Assembly: GCA_004764695.1 (NCBI GenBank)
Contig: SMSO01000035.1
Span: forward strand, 3,546,040 to 3,610,039
Reading direction: 5' to 3'
DNA from: Schizochytrium sp. TIO01
Taxonomy: Eukaryota > Protista > Bigyra: Labyrinthulomycetes
DNA length: 64,000 nucleotides
The position numbers and the translations under genes are program-made. The notes beneath the pieces are model-generated. The model did not search any database. It saw nothing but the letters and a program-made list of their open reading frames with translations, and was not told the DNA's origin. Positions 57,101-64,000 of this stretch are shown piece after piece (within the stretch, counting starts at the first letter, position 1; each line of letters begins with the position of its first letter).

Positions 57101-60100
57101 CCAAAGGGCGGCGCTCCAGGCTCCAAGGCCAACCAAAAGGTTGACACACGTGGCATGACTGAGGATGAAATTTGGGAAATGCAAGTCCGTCAGGAGATTG
57201 AAGCCAAACGCGCCGCCGAAAAGGGTATTGGTGCTAACGGGGAGAAGGCCGACTCTGGTCGTCTTGAGGATCGTTTTGATGAAAAGTCGGTCGCTCGCAT
57301 TCTTCAGGAGGAAACAGAACTTCGTGAGCGTATGGCGCCTATTCACACTGCTGCCGTTCAGGCACTAGAGCTCGTGATTTCCCTGTGCAAGGAGTCATCT
57401 GCCCAGGCTGTCCACAGCGACATGCGTGTTTTCACGGACATTTGCTTTCCCATTAGCAATGCTCCCTTGATTGTCTCTGACATGCAGCGAGTCCTTGCTG
57501 GTCTTTTGTTTACTGGTCCCAATGTTGTGGTTCAAAATAACGCAAGTTTCCTTGCCCTTGCGTTGCAAATGGCGCTCCGGGAGGATGCTCGGCCAGGATG
57601 CCTCGTTCATCTTGGTGAAGCTTGCCGTGTGCTCTTCATGGATGCTTGTGGATTGAGTGAGGAAGGTCAACACCACCCGCTCTCCATGGGGCTTCTTGAT
57701 CTGCTCTTCCCAGTCATGCGTTTCACTATTAATGGTCTTGCCCTCGACCCTGAAATCCTGGTTCTTTGGGCTACATTTAATGTGGGTGATGACGATGATG
57801 ATGACGATGATGACGATGATGATGGTGACAAGCCAGAAGGCGAAGAAAAGGAAAAGAAGAAAAAGGAAAAGAAGAAAACCAAGGAGGGTAAGGATGGGAA
57901 AGAAAAGACAAAGAAGAAGGACAAAGAGAAGTCAGACAAGAAGTCCAAGAAGGACAAAGACAAGGAGCCCGAGGCTGCCCCTGCAGCTGATGGAGATGCT
58001 ACCAAGGCCAAGCCTATCAAGCGTGCAAATCCTTATGTTGATTACATGGACTTTATGGAGTCCCCGATGGACTCTATGGAGCGCGCCGTGGCTCTTATTA
58101 GCTTGCACGCTCAAACACTTGCTTCAACTGACCGCCTTCGTTTGCAGACTTTGGAGTCTCTTTTGCGTGCCTGCAGCGTCCTTCCCAATGCCCAGCCCCG
58201 CCCTGCCGAGGTCATGGCACGGGTGTGCAGTGCTCCGCCTTCTCTCTGCGATCAACAGCTCTTTGAGGCTATGATCAACGAAGAGGGATTGCTTTCAGAG
58301 TCTGTCGAGGTGCGCCGTGCTACTCTTGGTGCATTCCTTGCAGCGGCACAGTCTGCGCAAGGTCTTGATATCCATGCCCACCCAGCCTTGGCTCATCGTA
58401 TCTGGCTTCTCACCACTGACGATGACGCTGAGGTAAAGCAGCTTGCTCAAGCTCTCTTGGAGGCCCTTCAAGCCAGCTTTCCCAAGACTTATCTCGAGCC
58501 GTACGTCAAGCTCTTGTCCCACCGCTTCACGCACGTGCGCGAGCAAGCCTCCAAGGCCATCGCTGCTGGTATCGAGGAACACCCGACCACTGGCGAGAAG
58601 GCCATCGCCGCATTGATCGCGCTTTACAGCGAAGAGTTGCGTGCCGCGATCGCTGAAGATGAAGATTTGGCATCTAACAAGCCCAAGTTCATTGATCGCG
58701 ATGCCGAGGCTAAAGAACTTGCCAAGCGTGAGCGTCGTCGCCGCCCACGTCAAGGTGTAGCATGGACTCTCGTGGCTTGCGCCAACTCTGACGGGGAGGG
58801 TGGTGTGCTCAACACCGAACAAGCCAAGGCTGGCTTTAAGTTTGTTTGTGACCAAGGTCTTCGTGACAATGACAGCATTGTGCGTCAAACCTTTCTTGAG
58901 GCTGGTATGGAAATGATTTCGTCTTACGGAAAGCACATGATTGACCAGCTCTTGCCAATGCTTGAGCCTTACCTTCGCGAGGATGGTGGCAACAAGGGTG
59001 GTAAATCAAAGAAGTCAAGTGAGATTGAGGGAGATTGGCAACGCGAAGGTGCTGTGATTCTCGTCGGTGCTTTGGCTAGCTTCTTGGATAAGGCTGATGA
59101 GCGTATTCCACGTATTGTTGAGAGCCTTGTTGAGGCTCTCAAGACCCCAAATGAAGCGGTACAGCTTGCTGCTACCAGGTGCTTGCCCCCGCTCATGAAG
59201 ACTGCCAAGGTCAAGGAACGTGGTTCTGAGTATGTTGACATGCTCATGCTCCGCGCTACGCTGATGTCTCCTGCTCAGACCACCGAGGGCGGTGAAGATG
59301 ACGCGGATAGCGGTCCTAGCTTTGTTGTGGACTCTGATGCCCTTTCCAAGAGCAACTATCCTGAACGTCGTGGTGCCGCCTTGGGTGTTGGTAGTGTTGT
59401 GAAGGGATTGGGTATCACTGTGCTTAAGAAGAACAATGTTGTACCCCGTATCGAGGCTGCTTGCAAGGCTACTCAAACTGAAGTCCGTGAGGGTGGTCTC
59501 ATGGTGCTTGAAGCACTCTGCTCTTCCTTGGGCATGCTTTTCGAACCCTATGTGATCGGTGTGCTACCCTCCCTTTTGCAATGCTTTGCCGACGCAAAGA
59601 AGCCTGTGCGTCAGGCAGCCCAGGATGCTTCCCGTGCTATCATGGCTCGACTCAGTGGTCATGGTGTGAAGCTGATTCTGCCTACTCTGTTGAAGGCTAT
59701 TGACGAACCAGCATGGCGGACTAAACAGGCTGCAATTCGTATGCTTGGCTCTATGGCCTTCTGTGGCCGCAAGCAGCTTGCTGCTGCTTTGCCCCAAGTG
59801 GTCCCAACCCTGGTCTCTTCCCTCACTGATACGCACGCGAAGGTTCGTGCAGCAGGCAGCAAGGCTCTTAAGGACATTGGTTCTGTCATCCAGAACCCGG
59901 AAATCCAGGCTTTGGTGCCGACTCTCAAGCGTGCTCTCATGCACCCTCACACCAAGACTGCACCTTGCGTTGATGCACTGCACCGTACACGATTTGTGCA
60001 CATGGTTGATGCCCCTTCGCTTGCTCTGATTGTTCCCGTTCTGGACCGTGGCCTTAACGAACGTTCTGCAGAAACGAAAAAGAAGGCTGCTCTCATCACT

Positions 60101-63100
60101 GGTAACATGTGCTCGATGATTTCTGATCCCAAGGCAGTGTTGCCTTATGTTGAGGATTTGATGCCAGTTTTGCGCAAGGTCTTGGTAGACCCTATCCCTG
60201 GCGTGCGTTCCACCGCTGCAAAGGCTCTTGGTACACTCACTGGTGGACTTGGCGAAGGCTTGCCTGACTTTGCTAACATGTTGCAGTGGCTTTTGGAGAC
60301 CTCTCGTTGTGATGTGTCCCCGGTGGAGCGCTCTGGTGGTGCGCAGGGTCTCGTCGAGGTGAGTGTGGCTCTTGGTGATGACTTCATGGTTCGTGTGCTC
60401 AACGAAAACGTTTTCCCCATGGCTAATGCCTCAGCCCCGCATGTTCGCGAGGGTGTGGTGTGGGTTATGGTCTTCTTGCCGCCCGTTCTTGGTGTGAAGA
60501 AGAACGAGCCATTCGTGACCCGCGAGCTCCCCATCGTTATCAATGGTCTTTCTGATGAATCCGAATTTGTCCGTGATGTAGCAATGCGTGCTGGTCAGGT
60601 TATCGTGGAACAGCACGCTATCGAGCACACCCACATGCTCTTGCCTGTCCTTGAGACTGGCCTAGAGGACCCCAAGTGGCGTGTTCGCCAGAGCTCCGTG
60701 CTCCTTCTTGGTGACTTACTTTACCGCGTTGGTGGCAGTGCTGACGCAGTGGTTGCTGCTCGCCAGGCCCGTGAGACTTACAAGGATGCTGACGACGAAG
60801 ATGACGCTGAATTCACTGATAGTGAAGATGAAGGCGAAGGTAAGGAGGGCGGAGCGCAGAAGCACGTTGTGCGCCGCACAACTGCCGTTGTTGATGCTAA
60901 CTTTGATGCTGCTCTTAGTATGGCACTTGGTGATGACAAGCGTAAGGATATCCTTGCCTCTGTCTACCTCATGCGCACCGACCGCTCTGCTGTTGTGCGT
61001 CAAAGTGCCCTTAAGGTATGGAAGAACCTCGTTGTGAACACTGGTCGTGCACTCAAGGAGATTCTCAAGCCGCTCATGGGCAAGATTGTCGATGGACTCT
61101 CTGGTGAATCTGACGACAAACGTCTCTCTGCTGGTCACAGTTTGGGCGATATTGTTCGCAAGCTTGGCGAACGTGTGCTCCCGGATATTATTCCCATCAT
61201 CCAAGAGGGCTTTGAGAGTGATGATGACGATAAGCGATCTGGCATTGCCCTTGGTCTGCTTGCTGTTATTGAGGCATCGAGCAAGAAGCAACTGGAGGGT
61301 TTTGTCTCCCGTTTGCTGCCTGCTGTTCAGCGTGGTCTCAGCGACGTCAACGAAGATGTTCAAGAGGCGTCCGCCGAGGCCTTCGCAGCCTTGTACCGCC
61401 AGGTGGGCTCTATGGCGATGAACGAGATTGTGCCCAAATTGCTCACAAACCTCGAGGAGGCCGGCCTTGATAATGAGGAGGGTGAGCGCGCACTAGAGGG
61501 CCTGACTAAGATTCTTGCCTTGCGCAGCCGCGAAATCATGCCACTTTTACTCCCAAAGCTTTTGGTATCTCCCATGACTCCTTTCCACGCCAAGGCTCTC
61601 TCCGCTGTTTGTGATACCATTGCACCGGTTCTGCACTTTTATGTGGATAAGATCCAATCGTTTTGCTTGCGTGAGCTCATCAAGGGCAAGGGTGGACCTG
61701 GTGGTGAGAATGAGGAAGCTATGATGCCTGTTTGGGAAGCTACCTGCGCAATGCTTTACAACATTGAGGAAGAACGTATGGCTTGGCTGATCCCTGGTCT
61801 TGTGAACATCCTTGTAGAGTCCAAGTCCAATGAAGAAAAGCGTATTGTCGTTTCCATGCTTGGTACATTTTGTGAGGAAACCGACGCTGACTTCTCAGAC
61901 CATCTACCTTCCATCATTAAGGAGCTCTTGAAGCGCTTCTCCGAGGTGGAGGGCGATAAGGTTCTTCTTCAGCAGGCCTGGAATGCTTTCAATGCTGTGA
62001 TTTCGGCTACACCGCAGGAGACGCTTGTGGGTCAGCTCGACTTCATTCGTAGTATGTTGAAGAGTGTAGCTTCGGATGCTAAGTATCGTCTCAAGGACCG
62101 TGCAGCAGTGGATTCATATGTCCTTCCAGGTCTTTGCTTGACAAAGGGCCTTGACCCATTTCTGCCGCTCTACCAGCATGCTCTCATGAACGGGTCTGCA
62201 GAGCAACGCGAAAGTGCTGCTTCTGGTCTGGGCGAGCTAGTTGACCTCACATCTGCAGCTGCGTTGCGTCCTTTTGTCATCAAGATCACTGGTCCGCTCA
62301 TCCGTATCGTCGGCGATCGCTTCCCGTGGCAAGTCAAGGTGGCTATCCTTCAGACCTTGAGTAAGCTCTTGGATAAGGGTGGCCCGATGCTCCGCCCCTT
62401 CCTGCCCCAGCTTCAAACTACCTTTGTTAAGGCACTTAACAGTGAACAATCTAAGGTGCGCGATAGTGGAACGTCTGCACTCAAGAAGCTCATCAAGATC
62501 GGCACTCGTGTGGACCCTCTCGTAAATGATTTGGGCAACACCGCCGTCGCCCCGGATACTGATGCCGGGGTCCGTCTTTCCGTTCTTGAGGCTCTTGCTG
62601 GCGTACTGTTAATTTCTGGCTCGAAGGCCACTCAACCGGCCTTGGGCAAGTGCGCAGGCAAATTGGAGTCTGAAGACCTTTTGTTCCACCGCAACGCTGG
62701 CATCCGCCAGCAAACTGCTATTTGTTTGGCTCGTGTGCTGAAGCATGTTGAGCAGGGCGACCAAGCCTTCGAGGTCGCCATGCGCAAGCGCATCGACAAC
62801 CTCCGCGCTACAACGCCAAACGCAGGTTCATGGATCGAGGCCCACACTGCAATTCTTTTGGCCAGTGCAGCAGCATCGTCGTGCCCAGACCTTCTCTTTG
62901 GCACTGCGGATGTAGCCAGTTGGTACAAGAAGATTGTTGATGATTCTTCGTCGTACGGTGCGTCGCTTGATAACGTTTCCCTTCGCGAGGAGTCTTTGAA
63001 TGCTGCTGGTGCTTGGTTGAGTAATGTCAAGCCTGACCAATTCCCCAAGGTCACTGATGCCTTTGTCGAATTCTTGATGACAGGGTGCAAGGATAAGTCT

Positions 63101-63400
63101 ACTGAAATGCGTGTGTGCTCGCTTGAGAACCTGAAGCACGCCGCGCGCCGTAACTACGAGGTGATTTCGAAGTATGCGCCCCGTATCTCGTCAGATATTA
63201 TCGCGTATGTCAAAGACTCCAAGCCTCAAGTCCGTGCTGCCGCAGACCAAGTTCTTCTTGCTGTAACGCAAATTCGTACTGACCAGGAGATTCTGAAGGA
63301 TATTATTAAGAACATTTCTTCCTCAGCAACTGGCCGTAATCTCGGTGAGTACTGCCGCAAGACCCTTATTAACGTCGATGAGGATGCTGATGAAGAGTAA
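54200..63400 (+). CDS. GCN1: GCN1, HEAT-repeat activator of eIF2-alpha kinase GCN2 / ribosome collision sensor, 3066 aa
   Basis: ERRGAALGVGSVVKGLGI, LGMLFEPYV, LSGHGVKLILPTLL, WRTKQAAIRMLGSMAFC, FVHMVDAPSLALIVPVLDRGL, ERSGGAQGLVEV, WRVRQSSVLLLGDLLY and VIKITGPLIRIVGDRF. Single uninterrupted ORF. Confidence 0.97.
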   Translation: MACASLRSWLAEAGQIQSDGRKVLAEALDAAGASVGGSDEGSSTSVVRAARLILKSASDLGLSAGATEAVAAEARRRPGLREALATELASMQLEGRRLAPRALLTLAKIAAAVVPADAPESAPGLLVRHLELLALLENSGAKSRRALRRAVTKLGLDQDVRRKAYAEAIANGAVVGGAGVKAVADALGQNGDGGDAETEKVIEKALKPLVEKVLDSRGAPSEEVLEAMAPLLHKASQSFFHETMQPKIASALNLRAEEKLDAVAIIFENVSDAGLDKYAEDLFIMAPVCKALTSSTDSARHVATHAIAAIARHCKSAAVALAVLSELGSTLNGSGALGKTAVAQPFQRGAVLTAIDLFASCVEDAIVDADEAAQVVDYACGLLSAYASSEKTPALVGQALAAGAHWIQASQTASVNADFVEVLLKGVLLAVPTAREHVRALSLVLTNASASAREQIAQAALAKKAAARPFDVCIADETLTAAASSSTSTSADSSDTSSKASSSAPKASSKTAASGTTAAAKKKKKGGDLDALGAEMLAMSKGSKKKGASTTTKSTTAVSKVSSSSSSASSSTGAAKNGHGLIGALFDTVLVGDNFSSNANFFKQQYSIVIHALAALMFLSVADSKVAAIISELETATGFKPWALLTTEKKVWTSLVAKSARQVNNVWLPRDPVVIAGVNDDSDENLPTSTNIPEYIKSSVWVSGIRGLNTGAEAQLTLARLIQAVLVNASEKFSTEAKLAVPALALASLSLSPHFKVREAARKVACKALAPMSVVNGFRSAMSGLQAYLSRASPSVPLDSSRIRIYIVSVLNAAMEAADDGLPPADALLPLLIVSHHPLVRSLNVWHSVRKIYLAKHDISPERMLLRSEELKESVQSTLVHYLCLSSPKNTSAAIIKAARAAVAQLVAHAEKGVASIPGLIPGITSALDAGLVSGFTERDCKVFASPKGIVSDVGIVALEAAQSEKAPKGGAPGSKANQKVDTRGMTEDEIWEMQVRQEIEAKRAAEKGIGANGEKADSGRLEDRFDEKSVARILQEETELRERMAPIHTAAVQALELVISLCKESSAQAVHSDMRVFTDICFPISNAPLIVSDMQRVLAGLLFTGPNVVVQNNASFLALALQMALREDARPGCLVHLGEACRVLFMDACGLSEEGQHHPLSMGLLDLLFPVMRFTINGLALDPEILVLWATFNVGDDDDDDDDDDDDGDKPEGEEKEKKKKEKKKTKEGKDGKEKTKKKDKEKSDKKSKKDKDKEPEAAPAADGDATKAKPIKRANPYVDYMDFMESPMDSMERAVALISLHAQTLASTDRLRLQTLESLLRACSVLPNAQPRPAEVMARVCSAPPSLCDQQLFEAMINEEGLLSESVEVRRATLGAFLAAAQSAQGLDIHAHPALAHRIWLLTTDDDAEVKQLAQALLEALQASFPKTYLEPYVKLLSHRFTHVREQASKAIAAGIEEHPTTGEKAIAALIALYSEELRAAIAEDEDLASNKPKFIDRDAEAKELAKRERRRRPRQGVAWTLVACANSDGEGGVLNTEQAKAGFKFVCDQGLRDNDSIVRQTFLEAGMEMISSYGKHMIDQLLPMLEPYLREDGGNKGGKSKKSSEIEGDWQREGAVILVGALASFLDKADERIPRIVESLVEALKTPNEAVQLAATRCLPPLMKTAKVKERGSEYVDMLMLRATLMSPAQTTEGGEDDADSGPSFVVDSDALSKSNYPERRGAALGVGSVVKGLGITVLKKNNVVPRIEAACKATQTEVREGGLMVLEALCSSLGMLFEPYVIGVLPSLLQCFADAKKPVRQAAQDASRAIMARLSGHGVKLILPTLLKAIDEPAWRTKQAAIRMLGSMAFCGRKQLAAALPQVVPTLVSSLTDTHAKVRAAGSKALKDIGSVIQNPEIQALVPTLKRALMHPHTKTAPCVDALHRTRFVHMVDAPSLALIVPVLDRGLNERSAETKKKAALITGNMCSMISDPKAVLPYVEDLMPVLRKVLVDPIPGVRSTAAKALGTLTGGLGEGLPDFANMLQWLLETSRCDVSPVERSGGAQGLVEVSVALGDDFMVRVLNENVFPMANASAPHVREGVVWVMVFLPPVLGVKKNEPFVTRELPIVINGLSDESEFVRDVAMRAGQVIVEQHAIEHTHMLLPVLETGLEDPKWRVRQSSVLLLGDLLYRVGGSADAVVAARQARETYKDADDEDDAEFTDSEDEGEGKEGGAQKHVVRRTTAVVDANFDAALSMALGDDKRKDILASVYLMRTDRSAVVRQSALKVWKNLVVNTGRALKEILKPLMGKIVDGLSGESDDKRLSAGHSLGDIVRKLGERVLPDIIPIIQEGFESDDDDKRSGIALGLLAVIEASSKKQLEGFVSRLLPAVQRGLSDVNEDVQEASAEAFAALYRQVGSMAMNEIVPKLLTNLEEAGLDNEEGERALEGLTKILALRSREIMPLLLPKLLVSPMTPFHAKALSAVCDTIAPVLHFYVDKIQSFCLRELIKGKGGPGGENEEAMMPVWEATCAMLYNIEEERMAWLIPGLVNILVESKSNEEKRIVVSMLGTFCEETDADFSDHLPSIIKELLKRFSEVEGDKVLLQQAWNAFNAVISATPQETLVGQLDFIRSMLKSVASDAKYRLKDRAAVDSYVLPGLCLTKGLDPFLPLYQHALMNGSAEQRESAASGLGELVDLTSAAALRPFVIKITGPLIRIVGDRFPWQVKVAILQTLSKLLDKGGPMLRPFLPQLQTTFVKALNSEQSKVRDSGTSALKKLIKIGTRVDPLVNDLGNTAVAPDTDAGVRLSVLEALAGVLLISGSKATQPALGKCAGKLESEDLLFHRNAGIRQQTAICLARVLKHVEQGDQAFEVAMRKRIDNLRATTPNAGSWIEAHTAILLASAAASSCPDLLFGTADVASWYKKIVDDSSSYGASLDNVSLREESLNAAGAWLSNVKPDQFPKVTDAFVEFLMTGCKDKSTEMRVCSLENLKHAARRNYEVISKYAPRISSDIIAYVKDSKPQVRAAADQVLLAVTQIRTDQEILKDIIKNISSSATGRNLGEYCRKTLINVDEDADEE

Positions 63401-64000
63401 AATGGGATTGTTATGTGTATTTGTTCGTTCGAAACCATCTCTCAATCAAAACTCTATTAGTTTCGTAATAGAAATAGAATAAAAAGTGAATTATCAAGAA
63501 ATCAATTCCGTATGATTACTTTAATAGCGTGTATATGCAAGCTTCTTATGTAAACTGCTTACGAGACTTTGAGGCTGGCTGATTTGGTACAGACTTACTT
63601 ACCTTACTTGACCATGCGAGCGCTGAAAGAAAGAGCCAGGAAATAATTTTTATGCATTTATAAGGCGAGAGTTTCATCATGTTTTTTTTAGTTCTGTATT
63701 GTTTTGTACGTACATAAGTGAGACGTGTGTGAGGCCAGTGCAAGAAGTGCGCGCGTGCGGGGGGAGGGGGGCGGTTATTTGGTCTTGACAGTTTTGGTCC
63801 AGTTGGATGGGGCAAGGAGAATGAGCTTGCTAGCCTCTTCAAAGGTCATGCGCGACTTCAAAACATCACGGGCAACATCGAGGCATTCACTTGCATTACA
63901 GCAAAGAATTCCAACGACGATATTGTTGCGCAAATAAAAGACTATACCACGTTCGTAAGAGGTTTCACGCGTGGGCTTGCCCATTTCATCTCGCTTTGCA

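Overview
Eukaryotic, intron-poor genomic DNA with long microsatellite-rich intergenic tracts. The style suggests a thraustochytrid/labyrinthulomycete stramenopile, but that is an inference. Nine protein-coding genes are supportable: eEF3 (split by a single-base +1 frameshift), an LRR protein ending in a bacterial-effector-type NEL E3-ligase-like domain, a tandem PqiA/LetA membrane protein, a mitochondrial-type TypA/BipA GTPase, an EF-hand/ARM-like protein, a PH-PH-Sec6-PH protein, an SDR-like oxidoreductase, phenylalanyl-tRNA synthetase alpha (one intron) and GCN1. The most striking observation is inside the only coding-region intron found, in PheRS-alpha. It holds a tRNA-Phe-like fold with an acceptor-like stem plus A discriminator, a D-loop-like GGG segment and an exact CUGAAGA anticodon loop, but no T-arm, and it overlaps cryptic splice sites. 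This is a candidate autoregulatory tRNA-mimic splicing switch. Other leads are the eukaryotic LRR-NEL gene, the eEF3 frameshift and a CTATAG motif cluster shared by the PheRS and GCN1 upstream regions. All assignments come from reading motifs by eye; no searches or folding programs were run.
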